Source: Octopus sinensis (taxonomy: Eukaryota). From it: a stretch of DNA of 64,000 nt. Under the pieces are notes generated by a model, which was not told the DNA's origin, ran no database searches, and saw only the letters and a list, made by a program, of their open reading frames with translations. Location: assembly GCF_006345805.1 (NCBI RefSeq), contig NC_043002.1, positions 99,820,001 to 99,884,000 of the forward strand, read 5' to 3'. The translations under genes and the position numbers were made by a program. Shown one piece after another: positions 1 to 13,436 of this stretch (position 1 is the first letter of the stretch; each line of letters begins with the position of its first letter).

Positions 1-410
1 TTATTGAATGTTTCGTTGCAATTTATATGTGTTAATCTCCTTGTTTCTTAAACACTATATCCTGTATAAAAGCCGTGTGTGTGTGGTGTATGTGAGTGAG
101 TGTTTGTGTGTGTCTGTATGTGCGTGCTTGTATCTGTGTGCGCTTCTTTTTGGTTATATCATATTCTACGCTGATTGTCTGAAAGACATTTAATCACCGC
201 AAGGCAATGATGCTAGTTATAGTAGCAACATTACGAAACCGTCGATAATAATATGTATTAGCTTAAAAGATTGTTGCATGTACAAAACTCCGTTCCCCCC
301 ACCACACTTATAATACTCAGGTGTAAATTGATATACGCTTTAATACTTATAATCATACTTTCACTTGTACAAGTATATTCTTGAATATATATTACACTAC
401 ATTATACTTA

Positions 411-412
<2 letters not shown>

Positions 413-490
<78 letters not shown>
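413..490. repeat. Compound (CA)n(TA)n microsatellite
   Basis: Directly visible dinucleotide runs. Confidence 0.95.
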
Positions 491-491
<1 letters not shown>

Positions 492-722
492 AAAATGTTA
501 ATATATATATATATGTATTAAACATTATTAAAGGTTGCTCACAGATTGAATTAAATGAAAGTAATAAAGTGGATTGGTCAGTTTCACTTAATACGTTAGT
601 AATTTTTATACTACTTCCAATGTTACGCATATTAGCACGCGAAAAATATCTTAAAATGTCAATTTCCTGGAAGAAAGGCAAATATATTTCGTTTTCTTAT
701 ACTATATATTTGTAATCATTTA

Positions 723-864
723 TTAGGTTGTCCCAAAAGTTCGTAAACACTTGCGAAAATTGAATTTTTACTCGCCAAGTGCTAACAAAAACAACAAAAA
801 TTATTCCTCAAAATAAAGACCATTATTTTTCCAAGACTTTCTACGAACCTTTGGGACAACCTTA
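723..864. mobile_element. Tc1/mariner-type MITE (142 bp)
   Basis: 23-bp terminal inverted repeats: TTAGGTTGTCCCAAAAGTTCGTA at 723-745 and the reverse complement of 842-864, with 2 mismatches. TA dinucleotides flank both ends (721-722, 865-866). No ORF. Confidence 0.85.
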
Positions 865-1064
865 TATTAGATTCGTATTTCGATGGGGTTGAGTACGGTT
901 GGCATACTTTATCGTTTCAATCTTTCTCATGGGAGTAAAGATAAGGATGTTATATGCCTCAAGGATACTAAGTGGTAAAATTTGTGCTAGAAGAGGAATT
1001 GAATTGGATACAGTATACGGTATGTGTTTGTGTATATATACATAAATGTGTGTGTGTGTCCTCG

Positions 1065-2720
1065 TTACAATTCGGTTGTTGACTTTTTATTATAATATCC
1101 AAGAAAGGGAGATGCTCTTTGCTGTATTCCATTGTAGGGTTTATATTGATTAGTTTTGATTTAAATACTAAAAGTTTATTAATGGTCTCATTCCAAATGA
1201 TAAAGCACTCATCCAGATATCTTTTCTAGTTTTCTCTTATATAACGTTGAAATGGATGTCTATATTTTTGCAGTGACACTTCATACATGGTGAATTCAAA
1301 ATATCCCCTAATTAGATTCGCAAGAATAAGGGCTGATTTCGTTCCTATCGCAATCCCGCATTCTTGACGATAGTAGGTGTCATCAAATAGAAAGTAACTG
1401 TTCTGAAGAATAAATTTTAATGTTTCAATAATAAAAAAAACCTGGTTTCTACATCCCGGAAAATATTTAGGGTACTTTTCCAGCCATAGTTTTATTGCTT
1501 CTATTCCATAGTCATGTGGGATATTGATGTTAAGATTAATTACATCAAAGGAAACTAATAATATCACTTCATTAGTTGTTTTTGTAGATCGTCCGTGATG
1601 AAAATTTTGATGTATTTCAGCAAGGGTGTCAGTAGGATGTGTAGGAAATTGTTTAGGCGGTGGGTTTTACAGGTTGGGCTAGCTATAATGGATCTTAACT
1701 TTAAATCTTCTGGTGCTTGGATATTCATGTATTTGCCTGGTGATTGTTTGCCGGCTTCATTAACTATCTTGATCTTGTGTATTTTAAATAGACCGTAAAA
1801 ACGATTGTGCTTGCGAACATTTAAAGTTCGTGATATAATCTTTATTGTGATACATTTCTTTCTCTGTCAGGCCTTTTCGTGTAGATGAATTAAATAGGCA
1901 AGACTTTTCATTGTTTGTTGTTTATAGTTAAACAACTTTTACGTGGAAGGTATCGTTCTCTAGCATAGATAAGAAGAAGAAGAAGAAGAGGTGTTTCCTT
2001 CGCGAGATATGCCAGGCTCATAAGGGCCGGTTTCCTGGTTTCAGTGGCGTAGAAATTCCCCACCAGGACTGGACGCCGATCCGTCGCAAGAGTACACATT
2101 TTTGCCAGCTGAGTGGACTGGAGCAACGTGAAAGGAAGTGTTTTGTTCAAGAACACAACGCATCGCCCGATCCAGGAATTGAAACCACGATCTTACGATC
2201 ATGAGTTCAACACCCTAACCACTAAGACACACGCCTGGACCTAGCAAGGATAATACTAGGTTTTTGTAGTGTTCTGTGTCCATCAGGACTACAGCACTTC
2301 CTTTGTCTGCGTCTTTCAATTGTTTGTTCTTTGTCGTTTTATATTTCAATTAGATTTTTCTATTTTAAATTGTTGAAGATTGAATAAATCTTTCGCTTAT
2401 GGAAACTGATTAGGGAAATTTTGGATATGGCCGCAAAAGTCATCTAGTGTTTTATTCCTACCTTTAGGTGGGAGATAATTGCTTCTGTTTTTAACCAGTG
2501 ATTCATCGTTGTTGTAGTCAGTTAGTGCTTCTGTAAGTCGTAGTTTCCTGCAGAATTCCGAAATATTGTCTTTAATTTCATTCTGGTTAGATCTTCCTGG
2601 GGTTGGGGTAAATCTTAATCGTTTAGCTAGTATAGTGATTCTTTGCTGCAGAGAGAGTTTTCTTTGAAAAATTAATTACTTTGGGTTTCTCCAGTTCCAA
2701 TGACTGTCCCCGTTTCTCTC
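1065..2720 (-). mobile_element. Degenerate Penelope-like element: N-terminal region and reverse transcriptase
   Basis: Minus-strand motifs in PLE order: LAKRLRFTPTP (~2600-2635), DADKGSAVVLMD (~2280-2315), FYGLFKIHK (~1770-1800), SFDVINLNINIP...GIAIGT (ORF 1226-1567), RYLDECFIIW (~1190-1220). Stops and frameshifts present; interrupted by a SINE. Confidence 0.9.
1973..2240 (-). mobile_element. tRNA-derived SINE, family C, inserted in the PLE
   Basis: tRNA-like A/B-box head at the right end (rc: GGCGTGTGTCTTAGTGG...GGTTTCAATTCC), (TTC)n tail, and an imperfect 13-bp TSD: CTAGCATAGATAA 1960-1972 and CTAGCAAGGATAA 2241-2253. Confidence 0.85.
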
Positions 2721-3065
2721 CACTCCGTCTAAAAATGGTTGACTGTAATTTGGTTAGAAGATGATATCAATGTTATTAATTGTATTAAGGTTTCATGGAG
2801 GCTGGTTTTGTTGTAAATTTCGTCTCACTAATTTAGCTTTTGAGTCTTCGTATATTTATTTATTCCCTCCCCTTAGATATTTCTGTCTGTTCATTCACTT
2901 CATGCACAAACTCCCGTACACAACATGGACTAAATTCTTAAGAAAATACGAAATTACAATAATGTCAGTGTCATGACTAAGAAAGCGAAAGCAGTCGACA
3001 AACACAATACCGTATTCAAAAATATATTAGAACAATGTAAGCTGTGTGCATTTTTTTTCTTTTAT

Positions 3066-3215
<150 letters not shown>

Positions 3216-3565
3216 ACAGCGTGTTTATTATATAAAAAAAAAAATATATATATATATATATATACAATAAAAAGGATTCATCAGAGAATCGTATACTTGG
3301 TTGATATGCACTAGGTAAAAACAAAAAACAATTAATAGCAATTACACTAGATATCTAGTTACGTTTTATATTACTGCAAATCTGACATTTCAATATTAGT
3401 GTATATCTGCTGTAAGCTTCAAGATATTTACTAATTATGGCGCATAGGCATGTGCATTTCGGTCAGGGTTGAATAGATTCGAAGATAATAGAAGTCACTT
3501 TCTCCTCGCCCCTAACTCCCTCCATACATAGAAATATAGATAGACATATACATACACACATACAT

Positions 3566-3616
<51 letters not shown>

Positions 3617-4221
3617 CCACGTCCACGCGTTGTTGTATTTTTTTGTGTTTTCTTGTTTGGATTAACTTTACATATATATATATATAAATATATATGCATC
3701 TAGATGCACAATATTCTTCTTTATGCATATAGCATTGTAAAAGAAGGGTTCAAGGTAATATTGAAGCTCTATGAAAAAACAAATTGCATTTGTCTTTTTA
3801 CCCGATTATTATATTTACCGTTGAAAGATAAGGCAATAGAAGGCATATAATACCACATATTATGCTTTTAGTCGATGGGAGTGGTGGTAAGGTCTGCCAG
3901 TAAAAAACCTTGACTTACCACAAAAAGATAGGCACAATTCAATAAGGCGTTGAGTAAAATATATAAAAACTAATTTAATAAAATATCTTTCTTCATATTG
4001 CCGCAGGATAAACGCTTACACAACTTTTAAAGGAAAGCACATATATAATATTACATTAAAAGAGGATAATTCTCATTCGATTTATGTTTGTAACTGAAGA
4101 ATGTGTATCATCTTTCAGGTAACGAAATGATAAATTATATTAATGCATGGATAGAATGAGGTGCTCCAGGAGGGTTACAGCCATTATCGCTTAAACGGGA
4201 CACAGACGCGCGCGCGTACAG

Positions 4222-4253
<32 letters not shown>

Positions 4254-4384
4254 ACGCACACACGCACACCTCGCTCTCTTTCTCTGTCTCCCTCTCTCTA
4301 AATATATATATAAACACATAAACGTATGTATGCATGAATGTATGAATGAATGTATGTATGTATGTATGTATATACGCGCATGTT

Positions 4385-4560
4385 GATGTGGCGTATGTTA
4401 GTAATTTCGCTTCACAATTATGTGATTCTGGCTTCAATTTCAGTCTCATTTGGCCAGGATATTGGCTGCCTCTCCTCTAACCTTAGGTTGATTAATACCT
4501 TGTGTGAAGAATTTGGTAGTTAGACAGAGAGCTTGCAGGGAAGCACATCGTATATGTGTT
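4385..4560 (+). mobile_element. Old, diverged SINE family A, 5' half
   Basis: Colinear but diverged similarity to the family A heads at 22702 and 39324. Confidence 0.55.
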
Positions 4561-5427
4561 TGTGATTGTATGTGTGTGCGAGTGTGTGTCTCTCTCTGTC
4601 TGTCTATGTGCCTATGTGTGCATGTATATATATATGTGTGTGCGTGTGTGTATGTGTGAGTGTTGCTCTGCGTGATGGTGGGTGAGTTTGTTATCTCTGT
4701 ATGTAATTATACATCGAGATGAAACTTAGTGACGTTTTGTCCCAACCATGTCAACACTGCTCTTTGTGAAATCTAACATTAGAACCAAGGTTGAAATTAG
4801 TACAGATTGAATAAGCTTCACCAAAATCCAAAGGAATTTGGAAAAAGGAAGTAAATGTTCATTTCGATAGTCTACACAAATAACTATCTATTAGAGTTTA
4901 AACACAAATAACTGTATTAGAGTTTAAACTGTGTCTTAAACTGTAGAACTAGACATGCTTGAAATAAAAGTTAAATCTCCAACGACTCCAATTATAAACA
5001 TATATTTATCTACTCCTAGCTCTGTGGAAGATACCTTGGGGTTGAAAAGTCTATATATATCCAGTGATACTGTTTAGATAATGCCGAATGAGTTGAACCT
5101 TTATTGCTTTTACAAAGTACATATATAATCACACACAAACGGGTTTGAGACTGTGTATGAGCGTGTGTGTGTGTGTGTGTTTATGTTTTGTGTGTGTCTC
5201 TGTGTGTGGTTGTGTGCACATACATCTATATTACCTTCACTATTTGAAATTTGCGAAAAATTGGGATAACTCAGTAATCCAGCTGACTTTATGAGAAAAC
5301 ATACGCAAACAAATAGAAGTTTTATTAGAAACAACAGAATACGTGGGTTTCATTGGATGGACTTAGGAAATAAATATAATAAATTATGCAAGTTTTAAAA
5401 ATAACTTATGGAAAACATGTACATATA

Positions 5428-5587
5428 GGCGCAGGAGTGGCTGTGTGGTAAGACACTTGCTTCTCAGCCTCATGGTTACTTCGGGATTCAGACCTACTGC
5501 GTGTCTTCTACTATAGCCTCGGTCGAGCAAGGCCTTGCGAGTGGATTTGGGAGACAGAAACTGAGAAACTGAAAGAAGACCGTCGTA
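5428..5587 (+). mobile_element. SINE family A, 5' half
   Basis: GGCGCAGGAGTGGCTGTGTGGTAAG head through GAAAGAAGACCGTCGTA, ending in the internal (TA)n tract. Confidence 0.85.
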
Positions 5588-5664
5588 TATATATATATAT
5601 AATATATATATATATAATATATATATATATATATGTATATATGTATATGTGTGTGTGCTTATAT

Positions 5665-5810
5665 AATCAAAATAAGCAACAAGAATATCCAGAGGTAATG
5701 CAGTACGATCGTTTCACGCAACTTCATTGAATTGAACAATGTAACCATTACATCAAGTTAAATGCAGAGCAATCATCAGCTGCACAAAGACATAGAATTT
5801 GATTAAATTA
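5665..5810. mobile_element. Single arm of the palindromic element seen complete at 59188-59532
   Basis: AATCAAAATAAGCAACAAG...ATCCAGAGGTAATGCAGTACGATCGTTTCA... matches both arms of 59188-59532. Confidence 0.75.
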
Positions 5811-5994
5811 ACACAGATGGATACATTAGTATAATTTTGTCTATAATCTCCAAGAAGTTAAGGAGATAGGCAAAGAACATTGCTGTCCTTCCTTCCACTT
5901 AGAAACTACTAAGTTAACAGGAAGAAAGACTTGTAACAGGTTTTGCTTGTAACTTTTATATGGGGGTCAGTGTTAATTTGTAGATTAGTTTTAT

Positions 5995-6857
5995 CAAATG
6001 CTTGTATATCTAATCTAAGGCCGGGTCTGTTAGAGGTAGGGCTCTTTCTGTATTGGCAAGAAATCTTGAAATGAAACGGAACAATGGCATACATACTGTC
6101 TAAGTACCAGTTTTGAGAAATAAGGCTTCTCAAAACTAGAAGGAAGAAAGATGATTCAAAGACAACAGATCCAAGCCATTACTGGAACTTCCAGATGTTT
6201 AACATTTAAGTATATATGCACATGCCTAGACATGTAAGTGTAGGCATGAGAATACATACATAAGGCAAAACACAAAAGTCTGCACATGCATTGATTCCAA
6301 ATACTGTATATATATACACACATACATACATAAATACACTAATGTCGATGTTGAAATTTCAACGAAGGAAACTTGGATCTAGGTTCTAGAAAGCGGCTCC
6401 TTCTCTATGTCAAGAAACCTTGAAATAAAACTGAACAATGACATTGTTCCTTCCTTCTCGCGCCACGCTTAGCTCATAGTGTTGGTTTCCGGGTTTCCTT
6501 GGCGTATAGGTTCCCCACCTAGACGGGGCGCCGGTCCGTCGCAGGTGAGCTGCAAGGTGCAGAAGAAAAGAGTGAGTGAAAGTTGTGGCGAAAGAGTCAG
6601 CAGAAGTTTCGTCATCACCTTCTGCCGGAGCCGCGTGGAGCTTAGATGTTTCGCTTATAAACACACACATTGTCCGGTCTGAGATTCGAACACGTGATCC
6701 CTCGACCGCGAGTCCGCTGTTATAACCACCAGGCCATGTGCCTCCACGAACAATGACATACAAGATGTTGAAATTCATATGAAGGAGCCTTGGATTTAGA
6801 TTACAAACCGACTCTTTCCTTATTGGCAAGAAATCTTGAAACAAAACTGAACAATAG
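5995..6857 (+). repeat. Three copies of a ~100-bp interspersed repeat (about 5995-6090, 6345-6444, 6760-6857)
   Basis: Shared GATGTTGAAATT..ATGAAGGAGCCTTGGAT.TAG.TT..AAACCG.CTCTTTC..TATTGGCAAGAAATCTTGAAA.AAAACTGAACAAT; the first copy covers only the 3' part. Confidence 0.7.
6445..6747 (-). mobile_element. Full-length tRNA-derived SINE, family B head with tail type 1
   Basis: tRNA-like head (rc GTGGAGGCACATGGCCTGGTGG...GTTCGAATCTC) and a perfect 12-bp TSD, GAACAATGACAT, at 6433-6444 and 6748-6759. Confidence 0.9.
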
Positions 6858-7174
6858 ATTCCTGATTTGCATGCATTTCGCGAGGCTGTAGATGTGAAAC
6901 AGCGACCATACAAATATCGCTGTATTCTTGAGGTTTAATCTACAGGACATATGCACTTGACGTGATGACTTTTTTTATTAATTAATTTTTAATAGCATTT
7001 CGTTGCAAATGTATGTATCACCTTTGCAGTAAGTTAAATATCAATTATACATTCGTGATGATTGTAAGTGTATAAGCAAGCATGCTTACATCTCACTATG
7101 CATGTGTATGTGCTGCTGCCATATTCGTGTGAGCAATGGCTTATTGTGGTGCTGATATGTCTGTATATTAATAA

Positions 7175-7228
<54 letters not shown>

Positions 7229-7518
7229 TGTGTGTGTTTGTGTTCGTGCGTGTGTGAATGCTTTCCTATTTGTAATAGTTTGAATTTGTGTTTTTATATC
7301 AGTTGAATTGTATTTAAACTGTGGTGACATCATCATGTGTAGAAACAATGCGTGGGTTGCGAGATTTTCTGTCAACTGAAGTGAATTAAATTGATGAGAG
7401 TATTGCCAGTGATTCGGCTCTGACGGTTGTGAGTAGGTGTTTATTTTGTCTCTCCTATCCGATCCTCTGTGTATCATGCATACGTAAAGCGACAGTTGTA
7501 AGTATGCACGTGTGTAGG

Positions 7519-7581
<63 letters not shown>

Positions 7582-8715
7582 CATATATGTATGTATGCAT
7601 ATACGCATATACGAGTATATGTATATATGTATAAGCATATACATATGAAGAGAATGAGAGAGAGATAGGGAACGGGAGAGACGTAAGGAAGAGCGTCATC
7701 AATTCGTAATAGTAAGCTCAAGATACGCCGTATGTCATAACGTCACTCCTACGAATCAGTATGACGCTTAGAGCCTAAGGCATGATGTGCATACGCACAG
7801 TGTGTGTGTGTGTGTGTGCGCGCGCGGCGCGTATGTGTTGTGTGTGTGTGCGCACGCGCGTGTGTGCTTGGTTGTCGCTTTTACATAAAATGTGCCATCA
7901 TTACGACTTCGTTTTTATTTTCCATGCTGGATATTTTGTTCAATTTTATTGGGGACCTGAACTTGTGTATATCATGCTTTTTATTTTAATTCTATTATCT
8001 CTGAAAGATTATACTCTATCATTTAATATATTATCTTCGGGGATGATTTTTAAGATTCACCAACGTTTTTTTTAAATTTTATTTTTTTTTTGCTGCTGAT
8101 ACTAGTTTACCGTTCCATGTGCAAAGGGGAAGTGAATTCACTCCAAAGCTTTAAGGCCTGGAAATTTCTCCTGTTGTACCAGGAGACTATTTCCTAAAGA
8201 TTTTGCCTTCTCTAATATATTTCCTGCTTTATATGAGGCATACTGTTGGGAACTGATGTAAAAGATTAAATTCTGTGCAGTTCAAAGGAGTGATTCAAAC
8301 AGAACGCATTTCTTTTGTCCTTACTGAGTGTAACATTAGATACGGCTCTTATTCATTTTCCCACATTTCAGCACTCTAAGTGGCCAGATGTATTATATCC
8401 ATACTTATGATGAATAGATGAACTGCCTTTTTCTAATTTAGAGTTAATGACTACAATATCCTCTGCGGATATTTTCTTAGGTTTCCTATGAAGGAAATAA
8501 ACTGATAAGTTAATATACTGGTTGACAGAGTTTGTTATATGCTGGGTCCCATTTATAATTACCGTCTCTGGCTGTCATCTTGTTTGAGCTATAATCCTTA
8601 TGTCATACACATAGCTATTATTGAGTAATGTCGGAACAGGATCTTTTCTGTCACTTCAGCACCAGAGACACTGACGAACTATTTAATTGCCTATATTTTG
8701 TTTGTTCCTTCTCGA

Positions 8716-8857
8716 GCAATGCCTGGCTCATAAGGACCGGTTTCCCGGTTTCCTTGGCGTATAGGATCCCCACCTGGACGGGACGCCGGTCCGTCGCAGG
8801 TGGGCTGCAAGATGCAGGAGGCGAGAGTGAGAGAAAGTTGTGGCGAAAGAGCCAGCA
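8716..8857 (-). mobile_element. 5'-truncated SINE family B (tail type 1)
   Basis: Matches 6460-6600 (GGCTCATAAGG.CCGGTTTCCCGGTTTCCTTGGCGTATAGG...). Confidence 0.85.
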
Positions 8858-9499
8858 AATTTACTATGAATTTGGTCGCTTATATTGCATTCTATTTCCT
8901 TTATATCTTGTATATTTTTGTATAAGTTGTAACAGATCTTTACAAACTTCAGTTATATATTTCTTTAGAGCAAATTTTCTTTCTGCATTTAATGGAATTT
9001 ATTATTGTTTTCAATCACATCACAGATTTGCTTATCGTTTCCTGCATGTCATCTTTCATAACGATTTGAAGGTCATGGCTCAGCTGTTGAGATAGCTCAC
9101 TGATTTCAGATGGTATCAAGGAACTTTATTTTAGAGATTTGCTTTTATTTATTCAGATTTATCAACATGAATCGTATGTTATTCTCGGGAATCAAGTTCT
9201 GTTAAAATTTCTTCTTCCGAAATATTTCCTTGTAATATCCGAAGCCATACCTTTACCTATGGAGGTACACTGTATAGTATAGATATGTGCTATACTATTC
9301 CGTATAATATATGAATAGATGTTATCCACACATATTCTGTATTACAGTATAGTATTAATGCAAAATAATAATAATAACAGTTTATGCAGAGGAAATACAA
9401 ATATATGATGCATATGTCATGATTATCGGCCACGAACCAGTGTCATGTATATGAAGTGTTCGGTTTCCAAACACTACATCTCTCTCTGTCTTTTGCTGC

Positions 9500-9850
9500 A
9501 TGCGCACAGTCAGCCAGACTCTTGTCTTCAATCCACAACCGTCTTTGGCAGCTTATTGGTATCTTCCCCTCCACAGTTCTTGTTACAATGGTCTTGGGCA
9601 ATGACACGAGACACATTGCCCTGTGGACATGATTCTCGATTATATATATGTCTTTGGACTTTAAGTACTTCTAGTGCAGCAGCATTTGCTAAGCTACTTT
9701 TTCGGATTATTCTGTCCAGCCAGCAAATGGTCCATATCTCAAAGGCATGTATTCTGTATTCCCCATTGATGTGTATATTGTCCACGTCTCTACCCACTAC
9801 TGGATAATTTCCATATTACAGAAGTCTACTAGTTTCAATTTTAGGTGCAG
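9500..9850 (-). mobile_element. RTE-clade LINE, C-terminal fragment
   Basis: VETWT...RIHAFEIW, and in another frame KTIVTRTVEGKIPISCQRRLWIED. These resemble the RTE C-terminal consensus (ETWT/AFEMW/QGxVEGxRxRGR). Confidence 0.7.
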
Positions 9851-10872
9851 TGTTTTGTCTCTTTGAAAGACACCGTTTTGTTCTTATAAATATAATTTTG
9901 ACCTTATTCTTTGATTTCTTCACGGCGATCTTCCTAAATTATTATTTGTCTCAAATGCTTAATTTTTCTTTTTACTTACTCAAGTTTCTGTCCATCTACA
10001 TTTCTATATGCTGCATATTGTTCTGCCTTAGTATTAACCCGTTTGGTGGCCTCTTTTATATTCATATTAAAGCATTTTTACTGACTATAATCATTTACAT
10101 TAACAATTTTTTTGCATTTTCTCATTAATCTCTGTCGATGATACTGGATCGTCAGAATGTCATTTTGTTTGTGCACATGGCATTAACTGTAAGTGCTCTG
10201 ATCACATTTGACAGCAACACATTTGTCTCTGTATAAGTGTGTGTGTGTGTGTGTAGGAGTGTACGTCTGTGTATGCTTCTGTGTGTATGAGTGCGTGTAT
10301 GTGTGTGCATGCTGCGTACGTGCGTGCTCGCGCGCCAAGACAATCGTTCCACTGTCTTTTTCCATTGCTGATATATTTAATTCAACATTTAGTTAGATAG
10401 ATACATAGATAAATAGATAGATAGATAGATGAGTTTTGATCGCAAATAGAATATAATTGTTAGCAGCAAGATAGATTGATATACACACGATACAGATTAC
10501 TATGTGTGTATGTATATACATAGATATGTAAATACAAATATACGTACATACAAAGATACAAACATACAAACATGCATACATACATACATACATACACGCA
10601 TATATATATATATAATATATATATATATGCGCGTGTTCGCCTTTAGGTTTGAGTGTATTTAGAAAGATAAAAGATGCAAAATTAACATGAGTGTGATTCT
10701 GAGATATGGGAGAATAAAAGTTATATACTATACAAGCATATAGTTGGAAAATAGGTCGTGGAAAAAGCGTAAAAATTAAAAGAGAACACGAACATATTAC
10801 GTTTACCCTGAAATTAAATAAGCTGAGTTAAAGGAATAGAAAGGTTTCTACCATGTTTTGAATTATAATATA

Positions 10873-11266
10873 CTAGCAGTATCGCCCGGCGTGGCTCGGG
10901 TTTGTAAGGGAAATAACTATATAAGAATTTTTAGAGATGTAAAGTATAATAGCCATCTCAATATGGCTAACCACAAAGGGGGGTGTTACTGTAGCTTTTT
11001 ACGTTCTGAGAATTAATAATAAATTTTTAGAGAGTTACTTCCCTTATATATGCCAAAAATGCATTAAAAATGGGAAAACTGATGGTAAATATTTTTTTAA
11101 ATCGTAGACTCATCGTAGACGCGCACTAATGCCCAGAAGGGCTCGATATGAATCACGACTATAAGATACCCACTTTTGGTTAAACTGCACCGCAAAATGT
11201 GGGAGTAGTTAGGAATCTAAATCGTAGGAGACAGACAGCACACAACCTCACTTTTATATATAATGA
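10873..11266 (-). mobile_element. Non-autonomous Helitron (~395 bp)
   Basis: On the minus strand: 5' TC start, GC hairpin CCCGAGCCACGCCGGG about 10 nt before the 3' CTAG, inserted between A and T. A second copy lies at 25621. Confidence 0.8.
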
Positions 11267-11430
11267 TATGAATAAGAAGTAAAAGGCAAAATTGTTGAGA
11301 ATAGGTAAATAAGATAAAAAAAAGTATGTTAACATAAAGGCCTCTGTTTACATTTCACACGTGTGTGCTTTTTCTATTTTTATGATTGTTAACCTACAAT
11401 TATGTATTAATATACAGGCATATACATATG

Positions 11431-11730
11431 GAAGCACTCCGTCGGTTACGACGACGAGGGTTCCGGTTAATCCGAAACAACAGAACAACCTGCTCGTGAA
11501 ATTAACGTGTAAGTGGCTGAGCACTCCACAGACACGTGTACCCTTAACGTAGTTCTCGGGGATATTCAGCGTGACATAGAAAGTGACAAGGCCGGTCCTT
11601 TGAAATACAGGTACAACAGAAACAGGAAGTAAGAGTGAGAGAAAATTGTGGTGAAAGAGTACAGCAGGGATCACCACCATCCCCTGCCGGAGCCTCGTGG
11701 AGCTTTAGGTGTTTTCGCTCAATAAACACC
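11431..11730 (-). mobile_element. SINE family B body with tail type 2, tRNA head missing
   Basis: Near-identical to 23217-23510. Confidence 0.85.
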
Positions 11731-11826
11731 AGTGAAACCGGTAATCCGTCAGTATTCTCCATACGGAGTAAAATGGTTTAATAAGATATATGTATAATAA
11801 AATAACCCTCCAATTCACCAGCCAAT

Positions 11827-12235
11827 GAGGCGCGTGGCTTGGTGGTTAGGGAGTTGGACTCATGATCATAAGAATGTGGTTTCGATTCCTGGATCAAGGC
11901 AACGCGTTGTTTTCTTGAACTTTATACCAAGTTGGTCCAGTTCACACATCTGGTACAAATGAGTATTCCTGAGTGAGATTGGCGTCTCGTCTAGGTGGGG
12001 AATATTATACGCCATGGAAACCGAGAAACCGGTTCTATGAGTATATACGGCTCGGAAAGGAACTTTACTTTTGTGGAGGCTCGTGGCTTTGTAGTTAGGG
12101 TATTAGACTCATGATCGTAAGACTGTGATTTGACGTTGCTCCAGTCTCGATTCACCTGGAAAAACGATTAAACCTTCGATGGGCCGGCGTCCCGTCTAGG
12201 TAGGGAATAAATACGCCATGGAAATCAGGATATCG
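11827..12235 (+). mobile_element. Head-to-tail pair of SINE family C copies (11827-12070; 12073-12235, internally deleted)
   Basis: Two tRNA-like heads (GAGGCGCGTGGCTTGGTGGTTAGGG; GGAGGCTCGTGGCTTTGTAGTTAGGG), each followed by the type 1 tail (GGCGTCCCGTCTAGGT.GGG..TATACGCCATGGAAA). Confidence 0.8.
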
Positions 12236-12446
12236 ACGTGACCTTTGAGTATCAGTCAACATCATATCAAATACGGACATGCATATGGTTATCTGATGAT
12301 TTATGGTGGGGTACTGGATGTTGCATGTCTTACAGAAATAAATATTGGATGTTACATTATACAACTAATCTGCTAATAAAACGTTGGAATGAAACTATAT
12401 AATCTGTCCAACCGTTTTATCAACATTTTTCTCTTTCTTTCTCCTC

Positions 12447-12551
<105 letters not shown>

Positions 12552-12697
12552 GGAAAATGTTTTTATTTTTCATGCCCTTCGAATTCGAAGTTTTATCCCT
12601 AATAGTGGCCTGGACTTTGGCTGTTCCGGCTAGCGTGCCAGGAATCCTATGACTGATACATCTTATGTGTTTAAATGTACACTGTATATATATATGT

Positions 12698-12732
<35 letters not shown>

Positions 12733-12739
12733 TATATTT

Positions 12740-12788
<49 letters not shown>

Positions 12789-12793
<5 letters not shown>

Positions 12794-13126
12794 GGTAAAG
12801 ACCCCCTTCGGTCATGAATGACCATGGGATTGCACCTAGAAAGTTACCCTCCTAGACACAAGTCCGGGCAAGGTTGTTTATGGAAGACCAGCAGTCGCCC
12901 ATGCATACCAGCCTCCCCTCTCCACGCCACCAGTGTTATCCAAGGGAAAGACAAAGGTCCATACAGCTTGGCACCAGTGACGTCGCAGCTCATTTCTACA
13001 GCTGAGTGAACTGGAGCAACGTGAAATAAAGTGCCTTGCTCAAGAACGCAGCCCGGTCCGGGATTCGAGCTCACAACCTCACGATCGTAAGCTTAACGCT
13101 CTAACCACTGAGCCACGCGCCTTCAC
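12789..13126 (-). mobile_element. SINE family C head with a different tail (type 4)
   Basis: Head rc GTGAAGGCGCGTGGCTCAGTGGTTAGAGCG...GTTCGAATCCC; central GTTGCTCCAGTTCACTCAGCTG as at 2100-2130; distinct 3' tail ending ...GGGGGTCTTTACCCTTT. Confidence 0.85.
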
Positions 13127-13182
<56 letters not shown>

Positions 13183-13337
13183 GTATATATATGTATGTAT
13201 GTATGTATATGTATGTATGTATATATATGTATGTATGTATATATATGCATGTATGTATGTATATATGTATGTATGTATGTATATATGTATGTATGTATGT
13301 ATGTATATATGTATGTATGTATGTATATATATGTATG

Positions 13338-13436
<99 letters not shown>

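Noticed and set aside
3268-3300. CTGATGAATCC on the minus strand (also CTGATGA at ~12293 and ~45906)
   Set aside because: No matching GAAA, stem III or cleavage triplet.
4990-5090. Minus-strand LDIYRLFNP, resembling a LINE AP endonuclease
   Set aside because: A single short motif with no supporting neighbours.
6410-6913. 167-aa ORF, and similar ORFs at 8628, 11348, 22644, 24713, 39243, 41079 and 50092
   Set aside because: They read through GC-richer SINE bodies; the same peptides recur wherever the SINE does.
7692-7768. Small nested inverted repeats (AGCGTCAT/ATGACGCT; TTCGTA/TACGAA)
   Set aside because: The stems are short and discontinuous, compatible with chance.
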